Shown: positions 27,996 through 45,600 of the stretch, piece by piece
Layout: each line of letters opens with the position of its first letter
Position numbering within the stretch: the first letter of the stretch is position 1
DNA from: the human T2T-CHM13v2.0 reference genome, Homo sapiens
Direction: 5' to 3' (one strand)
DNA: 64,000 nt
Assembly (NCBI RefSeq): GCF_009914755.1
Contig: NC_060927.1
Program-made: the position numbers and the translations under genes
Notes under the pieces: generated by a model
Database searches by the model: none
The model's input: only the letters and a program-made list of their open reading frames with translations
Told to the model about the DNA's origin: nothing

Positions 27996-28641
27996 TGGTC
28001 CTCGGCTCCAGTCAATCACTTATCTAATAATAATTAGAAGCAGTAGCAGCAGCAGCAATAGCAGCAACAGCAGCAGGAGGAAGTCAAAGAGGCACACATT
28101 TAGAAAATAAAAATTCCAAGAAACATTCAAAAACCTAATTATCACATCTAAAATTATTTAAATCAGATACGCGTCCTCTGTCTCATTCTCCTCTTTACAG
28201 CCCTCCATGGATACATGCTGAAATCAGTTAAATAATTTCTAGAACCCACTGAGTGATTATGAGAGTCATTCTGGGTTCAGGAAGTAAAGCAACCTGGGGA
28301 GGAGTAAAAAGAGCTGACTGATGGTGCTGGCCTAGCTAAGCAACTCTTCCCTCTTCTACCGCTTTCCTGAAGCTGCGTGCCTGGTGAAAGCAGCTAGTTC
28401 TTCCACAGTTAGTTCATCTTTACCCAAAGAAACAGGCAAAACTAACCTAGGCTACAACCTTCTCATAAGCTGTAGGAGAAGTCAAGCTTGGCTTCCAACC
28501 ACCAGCTGTGCTCAAATGGAGGGGATCAAGGACTACATAGATGTATAAAAAGCTAAGAAATAATCATAGCAGCCGGGTGCAGTGGCTCATGTCTGTAATC
28601 CCAGCACTTTGGGAAGACGAGGCAGGCGGATCAGAAGGTCA

Positions 28642-28902
<261 letters not shown>

Positions 28903-29935
28903 TCAGCCACTGTGCTAAGTACAAGCCTCATTTCATAAAGGTCAGGAAAGAGGATCAAAAAAGTACAGAACTTGTCTAAATGATACAGCTAATAAAAGGC
29001 AATGAGGATTTAAATTGGGGTTTTCTTGTTTTAAAGGTTCATACACTTAATCACTATGCCAAATTAAGTTTCCCAGCCTTCTGGGCAAACTGGTAGCAGA
29101 TGGGGATGGAGAAGATAGTCTCAATAACACTTTGAAGAAGCACCAAATGGTCTTCAGCTTCTCATAACACACACTTCCTATCTGACTTCTCAATTTAAGG
29201 TCACAAAGAAAATTAATGAGAAACAGTAGGCAAAATTACTTTGCAAATGGAAGACCATTGTTCAGATATAGGGGATTATTACTGCTTATTTTGCCAGCCA
29301 TAAAATTTTCATTTTTAGGAAGAGAGACAAAGATAAACTTACTCAAACTTTAATTAAAGTTAGACTTTTGAGTTTTGCCTTCAGTTCAAAATGCACCTAA
29401 GTATTCAACACTACACTTGGGAGGCTCCTTAGGTTCACAAAAAAAGTATAAACAATTTATTAACAAATTGGGAAGAGTGGAACTGTTAGAAGCAAACAGA
29501 AAACTCTGGACTGGGGTTCCCCACCTCAGAACCTTGCTTCACCTGACTATATGGAATAAACACAATGCATTGATTTTACACAAAGAACAGAGGATGGGAA
29601 AGGAAGAGGCATGGAAGTTTTGAACCCAAGTTTTCTCAAAAGTTCCACCAAGCAAAACCAATGCAATTTCACTTTTCTGTTTTGGCCAGGTGGTTGGTTT
29701 TGTTTGTTTTATCCATAATAGTAGAAAACTTTTTTTGTTTTTCTTTTCTTTGAGAAGGGGTCTGGCTCTCTGTCACCCAGGCTGGGGTGAAGTGGTGCAA
29801 TCTCAGCTCACTGCAACCTTTACCTCCTGGGCTCAAGCCATCCTCCCACCTCAGCCTCCCGAGTACCGAGTAGCTGGGACTACAGACGTGTGCCACCACG
29901 CCCGGCTACATTTTTGTTGTTATTTCTTTTTTTAA

Positions 29936-30079
<144 letters not shown>

Positions 30080-31298
30080 TAATTTTTGCAATTTTAGTAG
30101 AGATGGGGTTTCACCATGTTGGCCAGGCTTGTCTCGAACTCCTGACCTCAAGTAATGAGCTGGCCTCAGCCTCCCAAAGTGCTAGGATTACAGGCGTAAG
30201 CCACTGCACCAGGCCTACTTTTTTGAATTTTTTTTTGTAGAGATGGGGTTTGCCACGTTGCCCGACTGGTCTCGAACTCCTGAGCTCAAGCAATCTGCCC
30301 ACCTCGGTCTCCCAAAGTGCTGGGATTACAGGTATAAATCACCACACCCAGCCAGAAAACTTTTTGAGAGCTAAATTCTTAGAAAAATTGAAGTTTTGTT
30401 ATCAGGCTGGGCGTGGTGTCTCATGTTGGTAATCCCAGCAGTTTGGGAGGCCGAGGCAGGTGGATTACCTGAGGTCAGGAGTTTGAGACCAGCCTGGTTA
30501 ACATGGTGAAACCCCGTCTCTACTAAAAATACAAAAAACAAAAATCAGCCAGGCGTGGCGGTGTGTGCCTGTAGTCCCAGCTATTTGGGAGGCTGAGGCA
30601 GGAGAATCACTTCAACCCAGGAGGCAGAGGTTGCAGTGAGCTGCACTCCAGCCTGGGTGACAGAGTGAGAATCCGTCTCAAAAAAAAAAAAAAAAAAAAG
30701 AAAAAGAAAAAGAAATTTTCTATCAGAAAACCTAGTGGCAGTGTCCTGCCATGATGCCAATATGAACCTGTCACTGGCACTGAAAAAATAAACTACACAG
30801 AACTAAGTGGCTGGTGTCAGTGCCCTGAAAAAGAAGATTCTATGATTTCTAAGCTGCCTCCAGACTGGTCCTGGGCCTATGAAATATACAAAAATAATCT
30901 TTTCTATGTAACTTTACTTTCTTCTTTATACTTGATTGTAATAGTCAAAAAGCTTTAGGTGAATATTTTAATAGAAGAAATAAAATGTCTTCTAAAATAA
31001 GTAGTTGGAAAGGCCTAGAGACTTCTCAAAGAAAAGTCTTTGAAATATACCCATAAGAATGTACTATTTGTTTGGATGAAGTGGCACAAAGGAAGACATT
31101 CCAGGCAAGAGTAACAGAAGGAAGGCCAAGAGGTAGGAAAAAATAGGGGGTGTGGAAGGAACAGCAATATAAAAAAATAAATCTGCAGTTAGAAAAAAAA
31201 AAATAAAGACCCTAAATGACAATGAATATTTTGCCTGTCTTTAAGTTGAACATGATCCTTAATGTGCTCCACAGGCAGATAAATAGCTAAATTTCCTA

Positions 31299-31532
<234 letters not shown>

Positions 31533-31859
31533 TTAAACAATTCTTAAACCTGGTAAGAAACACAAATAATTGTAACTCTAGAACAAAAGTATTTAACCCA
31601 AGAACACAATACATAAAGAGTAATTATGAAAATAGCACTATGTGGGTTTTTAATGATACCTCCTGCATTCATCAGCAAAGAAAAGTTTCTTTAATAGTAC
31701 ACTTCCATTAAATATTTCATAGATGAGGAAAATGGGACCAGCAGTTAAAAGATTTAGCAAGCAACTGCGGGGCACGGTGGCTCACGCCTGTAATCCCAGC
31801 ACTTTGGGAGGCCGAGGTGGGTGCATCACGAGGTCAGGAGATGGAGACCATCCTGGCTA

Positions 31860-32202
<343 letters not shown>

Positions 32203-32721
32203 TTAAAATACAAAAATTAGCCAGGCATGGTGGTGGGTGTCTGTCATCCCAGCTACTAGGGAGGCTGAGGCAGGAGAAATCACTTGAACCCAGGAGGTGG
32301 AGGTTGCAGTGAGTCGATATCGTGTCATTGCACTCCAGGCTGGGGGACAAGAGCGAGACTCCATCTCCCAAAAAAAAAAAAAAAAGCCAACTTGGAACAT
32401 GAGCCCAGGTCTCAAGACTTCTAGTCTATTACTTTTTCAACTACATTTCTCTTCTTCCTAAGCAACTACTACCCTTGAGTGTGAGCAACACATTAGTACT
32501 ATGAGAAATACCTGAAAAAAAGTGTAAGCCATAATTTATGACTTCAAGGAAGAAAAACTAATATTTCTAGGATGTATTTTAGGCACTTTATAAATTATCT
32601 CAAGCCGGGCATGGTGGCTCATACCTGTAATCCCAGCACTTTGGGAGGCCGAGATGGGCGGATCACAAGGTCAGGAGATCGAGACCATCCTAGCTAACAC
32701 AGGGATACCCTGTCTCTACTA

Positions 32722-32904
<183 letters not shown>

Positions 32905-33276
32905 TTATCTCATTTAATTTGTGTAAGAACCCCAAAGATTTTCTTTTCTTTTCTTTTCTTTTGAGACAGAGTCTCACTCTATTGCCAGGCTGGAGTGTAG
33001 TGGCGCGATCTTGGCTCACTGAACCTCCCAGGTTCAAGCGATTCTCCTGCCTCAGCCTCCCGAGTAGCCGGGATTACAGGCATGCACCACCACGCCCGAC
33101 TGATTTTTGTATTTTTAGTAGAGATGGGGTTGGCCATGTTGGCCAGGATGGTCTCAATCTCTTGACCTCGTGATCTGTCCGCCTCGGCCTCCCAAATCAC
33201 GCCTGGGATTACAGGCATGAGCCACCGTGCCCAGCCAGATTTTTAATCCCTTCCTCCATCCACACTTTCTTTTTAA

Positions 33277-33462
<186 letters not shown>

Positions 33463-36294
33463 TGAGAAAGGCTCTCACTATGTTGCCCAGGCTGGTCTTG
33501 AACTCCTGAGCTCAGGCAATCCACTCTCCTTAGCCTCCCAAAGTACTGGGATTACAGGTTCAGTCACTGCAAACCCTTTCTTTTTTGGACACAGAAGTCA
33601 TGCTACTTGCCCAAGAACACCCCAGCAGTGGGTAAAATAACCAGATTCTTTATCTGTTTAAATTTAAAGTCCGTGAATTTTCTACCATAACATTCAGAGT
33701 TCAGAGTTCAGTTCATTCAGAGTTCAGAGTTCAGTTCATGGTCAGAAACCATGCAGAAGTAAGGGGGGTAGGGTTTCCTCCTTTAGAAAACTTTGAGGTT
33801 GATAAGGAATCCCATCTTTTCAAGCCTTCCTCCTTCAGAAACTTGTTTTATTATTAACAGTAGCTACCATTTACTAAAAGCTTACTATTATGAGGCAGGA
33901 TACACAGCATACATTCCAATCATTATCCACCTTAATACTTACAGTATTACTCTAGGTAGGAATTATGTCCCCATTTTACAGTTGAGAAAATTCTCACACA
34001 CACAGCTTGTAAGTGGCAAACTGGGATTCTGAACTGGGCTGCACTGACTCCATAGCCCTTACCTTCCCATATATAACACTAACACTCAAATCATTTTAGT
34101 CAGAGCTGAAATGGCCTAGAATTAAAGACCACAGAATCCAAACCTTGTTTTCAACCAAAAGTTTCTAACTGAATATCCACTATATGCTAAATCACATCAC
34201 ATGCCCAAATCAAGAGGGAGGTTAGATACTTAGTATTCTTAGATGACAGCTAAGAAAACCAAAGAGGTTTAGAGACAACTTAAGATCACAACATGGAGTT
34301 ATTCTCATACAGTCTTTGTACATTCTTTTTGGGAAAGAATACGGTAATATCTATTAAAAGTTTGAAATGTTCTTAAAGAATGACCTAGTATTCTACTCCA
34401 GAAATTTGTCCTACAGAAGCCTAAGACAAGTGTATAAAAACATGTGTAAGCATATTCCTTGCAGCACTATTCATACCCTTGAAAAACTGTGGTAAAGACC
34501 AAATACCTAACAATAGGGAATTAAATAAATCATGTTAATATCCACGTGATAAATAAAGTAGATCCATATATACAGAGGTGGGAAAAGATATCCAAGACAA
34601 CAAAAAATGAACAAGTCTGAACCCTTTAATATTAATCTACAAAGAGGGAAATCTAGAAATAAATAAATGGATGGGGAACTCTAGAATTAAAGTGTTAACA
34701 GTAATCATTTCAGCAGGACTGTGAAGGGTTTTTATTTTCTACATTACTTACTTTTTGTTTTTATATTTTACTATTACACTATAAACTTTTATCGGCATAT
34801 TTTATTTCTGTAAGAGGGGATGACAGAACAAGATCTCGCTGCCTCCTGCCTCTAGAGCCTCAACCTGAGCCCTGACTCACTCCTACATAACTCTATCCCC
34901 AGGTTACTATGAGGTCCCTTTTTAGGAGTACATACAGCTCCTCTTTTTTCTAGATCTTTGAGTTTTTTTCCAACTAAAAAGGAAAAGATGGAGGAGCTTA
35001 AGACCAGATAAGAGAGAAATAGATGACGGAAGAGACAGAAGGCAGACTCATCTGAGCATCTCACTAGCCTGAAATGATACAGCTCCTAATAATCCATGTA
35101 ACAGCCTGAACAGGCTTAAAATGCAACTCATTGTGTCACTCCCGTTTTAAAACTCAGAATAAAATCTAAACTCCCTGACAAGGCGTCTAAAGGCCTTCTT
35201 TCGTAACATGCCAGACTTTGTGCCTCAAGACTTCTGAACTTCGTGTTTCTCTTCACCTGCAAGGCTGAAACCCCAAAAACAGGCAAGCTGGTTTTTTCAC
35301 ATCTTGTCTCCACCCAAGAGACATCTCTTTAGAGAGGCTTTCCCTAACCACACTAGCCAAAATAGCCTGCTCTCCTTCTGCCAATTAATACTGTTTCATT
35401 TTCTGCATGGTACTTATGTTAGACAGTTTTCAAGTTTTAGTCAGTCCCCCTACCTTCCTTCTGCTCCATAAGGGCAGAACCCTGCCAATCTTGCTCAGTA
35501 TCTGGAATACAAAGGCACTCAAATATTTACTAAATTAAGGGAAAAGCCAGAATAATGCTACAAAAACAGTAATGTTTTTAAATAGAAAAGACCTGTCAAA
35601 AACTATCAAATGTGAATCAAATCTCCATTTAGTGGTACATCTTTAAAAAATACTTTGTCAGCCGGGCGCAGTTGTTCACACCTGTAATCCCAGCACTTTG
35701 GGAGGCCCAGATGGGAGGACAGCTTGAGGCCAAGAGTTCAAGACCAGCCTGGTCAACACAGCAAGACCCCATTTCTAAATTTAAAAAAAAAATTTTAATT
35801 ACAAAAACAGTATTTTGTTTTCCAGCAAGATGAACTGTAATAAATTTTATTTTTTATATAGATATATATTTTCAATTGAGATGAGGTCTCACTATGTTGC
35901 CCAGGCTGGTCTTGAACTCCTAGGCTCAAGCACTCCTGCCACACTTGTGCCCCTGCACCCAGCTTGCAATAGATTTTATTCTATATTCAACTGTGGGGGA
36001 AGACTGTATTGGAATTGACTGATTCCAATCGATTGGTGAAGAATCCACTGATAAGACTAAAATGTAACCTCAGTCCAAGAACAGTAATTTTACAATGAAT
36101 TCTAAGTCTTGCAGGCACTCAAAATATAGTGCTGGTACTCAGTAGAGAATATACTGCAATAACTTTTAATAAAAAGTGACAAAATAAAAATACACCTACT
36201 TTATTTAATTCAAGTTTTAGATTATTTGTCATTCATAGTATTTTATTTTCTATCTCCATATCAAGACCACTTACAGCTTAAGAGGCAGGCTAAG

Positions 36295-36899
<605 letters not shown>

Positions 36900-37547
36900 T
36901 GAGCCACTGCACCCGGCCTTCCTAACCATTTTCATGGCACATACTCATACAAACGATAGGTCATATTTGCAGAACATGCTGAAATACGCAGACAATGCTG
37001 CTTCAAGGGCCCTACAAGTTGTCTCAGGGAAGAGAGGTACAACTCTAACCTGTTAATCACAGAAAATTCTACTAAGGTATTCCTTTATCAACGCAAACAT
37101 CTGAAAAATCAGGGCAGACATCTGAAAACAAGGAGGAAAAAGCATCTTCTAAAAAAATCATACAGCAGCAACATACTTCAATCTTAAATGGAGATAATCA
37201 GAAACCCTGTTGATACTACCTTCAAATATAAGCATAGATCTAGCTTTTAATACTGTAATTTCTCTGACTAAAGGCCCCATGTTAAAAAATGTATATACAG
37301 ACACACATACACACACATCCTAGACACACACTAAAACTAGATAAGCCAAAGTGAAAATCAGCTTCTGCATGTGAAAGGTCTTTTAAAGTTCCACAGATAA
37401 GTTCTAAAATCAAATGCAGTCTCTTATGAATGGAGAAATTTGTCATGTTGGAAAAGATCAATCATTTAAAAAGAGAGACATGTTGGCCGGGCACAGTGGA
37501 TCACCCCTGTAATCCCAGCACTTTGGGAGACCAAGGTGGATGGATCA

Positions 37548-37688
<141 letters not shown>

Positions 37689-37797
37689 CTAAAAATTAGT
37701 AAAAGATGAACAATGCCATTGCAAAAAAAACAGGAAATTAAATTCACAGAAAAGCAATACAAAGGCCAACAAACATATATGTTTATATATAAAGTAG

Positions 37798-38025
<228 letters not shown>

Positions 38026-38469
38026 TAGTGGAGATGGGGTTTAATCATGTTGCCCAGGCTGGTCTTGAACTCCCAACCTCAGGTGATCCACCCACCTCAG
38101 CCTCCCAAAGTGCTGGGATTACAGCCATGAGCTACTGTGCCCAGACAGATTTGTAAAATTAAAAAGGCAAAACATCTAGCACAAGCATTTGAAGTATTCT
38201 ACTCTCACAGTGAAGAGTATAAACCACAGAAGTACAGCAATCTAATAGTATCTATTAACTGTTTAAAGATTTAACTTCACATTTCACACCCAGCACTACA
38301 CAAACACAGGAATGTTTCTAATACCAATAAACTGAAAATTACCTCAGACTCAAAGCCACAGAACTAAAATTGGAACAATTTAAGGCAGGACTGGTTTAAA
38401 AACAAGACCTCCCAGGAAAGAATACTGCCCCCAGTACATTAGCTGAAGGTCTAAGTGAAAGAATATTTA

Positions 38470-38600
38470 CCCCCAGCTACTTAAGAGGCTACTCAGGATT
38501 TCCTGAGGCCAGGAGTTCGAGGCTGTAGTGCATGACTGCACCTGTGAAGAGCCACTGAAGTCCACCTGGGCAACACAGTGAGATCACTTCACACACACAC
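38470..38600 (+). mobile_element. Degenerate FAM/7SL-derived monomer
   Basis: cacctgtgaagagccactg...ctgggcaacacagtgaga resembles the 7SL/FAM 3' end. Confidence 0.55.
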
Positions 38601-38680
38601 GAGTCATTTTCCATAATTTAAGAATAAGGTCAGTGTCACCTGTCACCAATACCAATACAATTTAATACTTCCAAGTACTA

Positions 38681-38881
<201 letters not shown>

Positions 38882-41800
38882 TTAGCCAAGCGTGGTGGTG
38901 CGCGCCTGTAATCCCAGCAATCCCAGCTACTCAAGAGGTGGAGGGTGCAGTGAGCCAAGATAGCGCCATTGCACTCCAGCTTGAGCAACATGAGCAAAAC
39001 TCTGTCTCAAAAAAAAAAAAAAAAGTAAACCAAACATTAAAAAAAAAATTTTTTTTAATTGTTCATGGGCTGGGCACCGTGGCTCTCACCTGCAAATCCC
39101 AGGACTCTGGAAGGCTGAGATGGGAGGACTACTTGAGCCCAGGAGTTTAACACCAGCTCTGGGAAACATACCAAGACCCCGTCTGTACAAAAAAATTTCA
39201 AAAATTAGCTGAGTGTCATGGCATGCACCTGTAGACCCAGCTACTTGGGAGACTGAGGTGGGAGGATCACTTGAGCAAAGGAGGTCGAAGCTGCAGTGTG
39301 CCACGATCACACAACTGCACTCCAGCCAAAGCGACAGACCGAGACCTTGTCTAAAAAAAAAAAGGCATTTAAAAAAAGAATATTGTTAAGTATGTAATTT
39401 GATGATACTTTGGTAACAAAAAGTTTATATGGAAACTAATTGTAAAATCACATTTCTGCTCAATGATAAAGTTTTTTTTGTTGTTGTTTTTTAAAGATAA
39501 CTTCGCCAGGCGGGGTGGCTCACGCCTGTAATCCCAGCACTTTGGGAGGCTGAGGCAGGTGAATTACCTGAGGTCAGGAGTTCGAGATCAGCCTGACCAA
39601 CATGGTGAAACCCCATCCCTACTAAAAATGCAAAAATTAGCCAGGGTTGGTGCTGCACGCCTGTAGTCCCAGCTACTCAGGAGGCTGAGGCAGGAGAATC
39701 GCTTGAACCCAGGAGGCAGAGGTTATAGTCAGCCAAAACTGTGCCATTGCACTCCAGCCTGGGTGACAGCGAGACTCTGTCTCAAAAAAAAAAAAAAAAA
39801 AGAAAAGAAAAAACTCTTCATATATACAAAATAGTAGTAAAAACTTTTATTACCACGAAAGTTCCCAGGCTTTAAACATTTATTTGGTAAGACAGTCTGG
39901 GAACTTGTATTCTATAGGCAAACATTTACCTTTCACATGCCAGAGAAGACATAGTGTATTCATAATTTATCATGATATCTAAACCATACAAATTATTTCA
40001 GAAGCCTACAATTTACTTAATACAAATTATTCTAGTCTAGTACAGAAATTAGGTTTACCTGGTTCCAAGCTACTTCTCTCTGGATTCCTGACTTCCCCTG
40101 GTCACCCCTACCAATCATCACAGAATGCTTCAAAAATCAAAAGGCCTAGATTCTACTCTGTTTTGCCTTCCTCTACTTTGGCTACTATTCCGTTAAAAAA
40201 TTACTACATGGGCCTAACCCCAAAATCAGTCTCTGAAAGATACCAGGGGACGTTTTAGGATAGAAAAAAAGGGATGACTCATAATTGCCAGTTATCTTAG
40301 CTTTCTGTAGTCACCTACTCTATATCTATCAATCATGAATTTATATAAACTTCTCTACAACTATTTTTTCTGGTCGACATTATTTCTGAGGGTGGTAGGT
40401 TCCCTAGGTTCACCAAAAAAAAATTGCCTTTTATTAGCTTCATGCATCATTCTGCCACCTGGACTTTGAGGATATATTTGCTTTAAAATCAAGCAATTCA
40501 TGACTGTTATGGTGTAAATTCTTCAAAGCCGTATCTTTCTATAATCTCTCAACTGCATTTATTCCCTATGTGAATATTTCTTTTAGAAAGTTAGAGTGTG
40601 GCCAGGCACACTGGCTCACGCCTGTAATCCTAGCACTATGGGAGGCCGAAGCAGGTGGATAACCTGAGGTCAGGAGGTTGAGACCCGCCTGGCCCACATG
40701 GCAAAATCCCATCTCTACTAAAAATACAAAAATTAGCCGGGTGTGATGGCATGTGCCTGTAATCCCAGCTACTCGGGAGGCTGAGGCAGGATAATCGCTT
40801 GAACCTGGGAGGCAGAGGTTGTAGTGAGCTACTGCACTTCATTCAGCCTGGGCAACAAGAGTGAAACTCCGTCTCAAAAATTAAAATGTTAGAGTGTAAA
40901 ACTATTTCTACATTCAAGTTATAAAATGGGCTTACAGCCTGGCCAGGTGCGGTAGTTCATGCCTGTAATCCCTGCACTTCGGGAGACCGAGGTACGAAGA
41001 TCACTTAGGCCCAGGAGTTTGAGACCAGCCTGGGCTAATCCCTGCACTTTGGGAGACCAAGGTAGGAAGATCACTTAAGCCCAGGAGTTTGAGACCAGCC
41101 TTGGCAATAGTGAGACCTCATCTCTACAAAATCTAAAAACTAGCCGGGTGTGGTGGCATGCACCTGTAGCCCCAACTACTTGGGAGGCTGAAGCTGGAAG
41201 ATCACTTGATCCCAGGAATTCAATACCAGCCTGGACAACACAGTTAGACACCTACTCTACAAAAAAAAGTTTTTAAAAAGTCATTTTTCCTACTTCATGT
41301 AACTCAACTCTACTAGTTTTCATGTATTTCATTATCGTGTTAATAAGAAAAAAATCTCAGTATATTATACTATCATTCTTTTCTCAGGCACTGTAAGTTA
41401 TTTTGTGACCTTATTTATCATTCAAATTTCTACTTTAAAGTAGAAGATACTTTAATGGATACACTGGCAGTAACTTCTATTCATATAAGTATGATGAACC
41501 TGAGACTATTTTTGGGGGGGGGGGGGTGGCGGGGCACATGGTCTCACTCTGTTGGCCAGGCTAGAGGGCAGTGGTGCAATCTTGGCTGACTGCAACCTCT
41601 GTTTCCCACATTCAAGTGATCCTCCCCCTTCAGCCTCCTAGGTAGCTAGGACTGCAGGTGTGAGCCACCATGCTGGCTAATTTTTGTATATTTAGTAGAG
41701 ATAGGGTTTTACCATGTTGGCCAGGCTGGTCTCAAACTCCTGACCTCAAGTGATTCACCAGCTTGTCTTCAGCTGGGATTATAGGCATGAGCTACCACAC

Positions 41801-43059
41801 CCAGCCAGTTCACTAATTTTTAAATATCATGACAGTTGTATCATAATTCCTATGGATCATTTTAAATCAACTGACCCATAGAAGTCAACCAAAAATGCAA
41901 AACCAACGAAACAATGGTAGTTGTAGAATCCACATGTTAAATATTAAAATTTATGTAAATAATTACAAAAAGTTGGCTATTGTTTAAGATGTAATATAAA
42001 ATTAGAACCACAAGCAAGTGTCCATGAAAAAACACAAACACTTGACAAAGCTTGTTTGGCTATCTGAACAAAAACAATAAGTGTTTGCTCTCTATTTTGG
42101 TACTCGCTAAAACTCACTAGGCAACAAGATATATCCACCAAAAAATAAATTTCTTAAAACTCTGTACCAACTAAGCAGCAGCAACAATAATGATATTAGC
42201 TAATGTATTAGCTAATACAGAATGCTTATTATGTATCAGTTCTTTACATACAATATCCCTTTTAATCCTCCCAACAACCCCCTATAAGAGAAATTATCAT
42301 TTTAGAGTGAGGAATCTATGGACCATAAAGGTTAAGTAAAAATGTCCAAGGTTACATGGTATTCAGAATATTCACAAATCTCACCAGGGTTTCATCACAC
42401 CATCACATATGTTAAGATCCGTGCATTCATGGGAGAGGCGGTTCCTAAGATGAGGTGACAGATTTCAACCTTGTGGCAGCCTACTCTGGCTTCCTGGTAT
42501 CTGGCTCTTTCCTCTACTCTGATAATCTGTTTCTAATTATACTTTTATTTGTTTATTTTTCTAAGGCATGACCGGTCTGGGTCTGTTGCCCAGGTTGGAG
42601 TGCAGTGGCATGATCATGGCTCACTGCAGCCTTGAGCCACGTTCAAGCAATCCTCCTGCCTCAGCTTCCTGATTAGCTGGGACTACAGGTGCACACCACT
42701 GAGTCCAGCTAATTTTTTATTTTCTGTAGAGACGAAGTCTCACTATCTTGCCCAGGCTGGTGTTGAACTCCTGGCCTCAAGTGACCCTCCCACCTCAGCC
42801 TCCCCAAAGTGCTAGGATTATAGGCGTAAGCCACTACACCTGGCCTAATTATATTTTTACTTACAATAAAACAAAAACTAAATTTGGGAAGGAGGATAAA
42901 GGGGAAGTTACTCACAATTTTACTAATCCTAACACATTTTTTTGGGTATCATCTTCTAATATTAGAGGCACAATAAATAACTATCAGTTCAAAATCTACC
43001 TCCACCTTTTATTAGCTGTATGGCCTGGCCTTTCACCAAATTGCTTACCTTTCCCATAT

Positions 43060-43570
43060 ACCAATTTTCGTCACTTATTCATGCAATAAACATTACTGAG
43101 TGCCTACTATGTACCAGGCACTGTTCAAGATGCTTGGGCTACCTCAGGGAACAAAACACAAGGATCCATGATCATAAGAGAAGCCTATCTTCTGCTGGAG
43201 GCATTCACAGTAAATTCCATGATAGTGGGTGATAAGTGCTGGGGAAAGGGAGGCAGACTGCAATTACATAGTGAGGTCACAGTAGGTCTCAACGAAGAGG
43301 TAACTGCTGAGACCTGGAAATCAGTGAGTCTGACTTGCAGATAACTGAGAGAACAACATTCCAGGCAGAAAGAACAGCCAGTGAAAATCCTTTGTACAAG
43401 GAATGGTAAAAAGATCATAGACTTGAGTACAATGTAGGGGAGCAGGGACAATGTGGGTAACATAATGCCTTGTAGGTTATTAAAAGGACTTTTTGCCTTT
43501 TACTGAGTGAAGTGGGAAGCCACTGAAAGGTCTTGAGCAGAGGAAAGGCACAAAAGGCACAATCTACCTT
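43060..43570. mobile_element. L2 relic (similar at about 8330-8670 and 34990-35530)
   Basis: attcatgcaataaacattactgagtgcctactatgtaccaggcactgtt is an L2 3'-end signature; ggaagccactgaaagg downstream. Confidence 0.6.
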
Positions 43571-43572
43571 AG

Positions 43573-43782
<210 letters not shown>

Positions 43783-44198
43783 TAAATCTTAAAAGGATTG
43801 TTCCAGGCTCAGTAACTCATGCCTCTAACCCCAGCACTTTGAGAGGTCAAGGTGGGCGGATGAGCCCAAGAGTTCGAGACCAGTCTGAGCAACATGGCAA
43901 AACTCAGTCTCTACAAAAAAATTTAAAAACTGGCCAGGCGTGGTGGCTCACTATATTAAAAATAAATGACATAGGCAGTTAGATATAGAATTATGAAGTT
44001 CAGAAGATGTCTGGGCAGAAGAACTGTAAAATAAAGATATTATTTATCTAATTGAGTTGTTACTAAATGGTTCAATAGTGGCCAGGCGCAGTGGCTCACG
44101 CCTGTAATCCCAGCACTTTGGGAGACCAAGGCAGGCGGATCAAGAGGTCAGGAGATCAAGACCATCCTGGCTAACATGGTGAAACCCTGTCTCTACTA

Positions 44199-44390
<192 letters not shown>

Positions 44391-44827
44391 TCAGTAGTGT
44401 TTGTAAAGCACTTAGCATTGCACCTAACACAGAGTAAACGATACTGTTATAGCTTCTATCCCACAGAAGAACACCCACCACAGGAGATGAGAGAGGGTGG
44501 AAATTCAGCTCATGCTTCACTTGCTAGGCCATGTGTCTAGTATACAGACAGCATAAGCATGAAGGATGGGGATCCTTCTAATTCACATGTAGAAGTTTTC
44601 CTGCTAGCTGAGCTACATCTCTGCAGAGGTACATCTGTTCAAAATTGACCTTTTTCTATTTAGTAATGGTGACTTTGGGGCTGTGGCCCTAATCCTTTTC
44701 CACATACCCATGTACTTTTACACAATTACACTCTCAATCCAAATACTGTATCACAATATTCTCCTTCAAATTTAATTTTAAATGTTTGATAATAAATTAT
44801 TTAATTTTGGCAGGGCACAGTGGCTCA

Positions 44828-45139
<312 letters not shown>

Positions 45140-45500
45140 TTATTTTCTGAAGCAATGGATCACTGTCTGTTTTTTTCTGATCTTTTGGGGCAGGGAGAAG
45201 TAGGTTTAACCTGGAAAAGGAGGGTTGTGCTACTACTTCATCTTTCTTAAGTGACAAAGCCTTCTAAAAGTTTAGAGAAGGTAAAGATACAGATTGATAA
45301 AGGCAACCAACAACAGTGGGTATAATCTTTCTAAGAATTCCACATTAGTCAGCTTTCCATCAGCAACTTAAAAGAAAGAGACTATTTTCTATTTTTTATA
45401 CCCCTTTGACAAAAAGTAGAATTCAACAACCTAGTTCCCGAAGAGCTCTCTGAAACTCTTCTGAAATTCTTGAAACTCTCTAAAACTCAGTCCCAGGCTG

Positions 45501-45600
45501 ATCCTTTTGTAGTTTATAAGCATGATTGAGTTTTCACACTCATGTGTGAGATGTGCCTTCTTCAAACCTTGTAATGACATGGACACATTACCCATCTGAC
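45501..45600 (+). pseudogene. Retroposed U13 (SNORD13-like) C/D snoRNA copy
   Basis: ATCCTTTTGTAGTT...GTGTGAGATGTGCC...AACCTTGT...CACATTACCC-TCTGAC is colinear with U13; A-tail 45610-45624; TSD AGTCCCAGGCT at 45489-45499 and 45627-45637. Confidence 0.9.

Noticed and set aside
28036-28080. CAG/CTG-like trinucleotide tract
   Set aside because: Short and heavily interrupted (longest pure run about 4 units), intronic; unlikely to expand
33691-33738. CRISPR-like array in the short repeats (also 45441-45490, 25538-25567)
   Set aside because: Eukaryotic intron; tandem units with no unique spacers and no cas genes
45501-45600. U13 copy as a functional intron-hosted snoRNA
   Set aside because: Antisense to the host transcript, C box damaged, retroposition hallmarks, and no evident snRNA-type promoter
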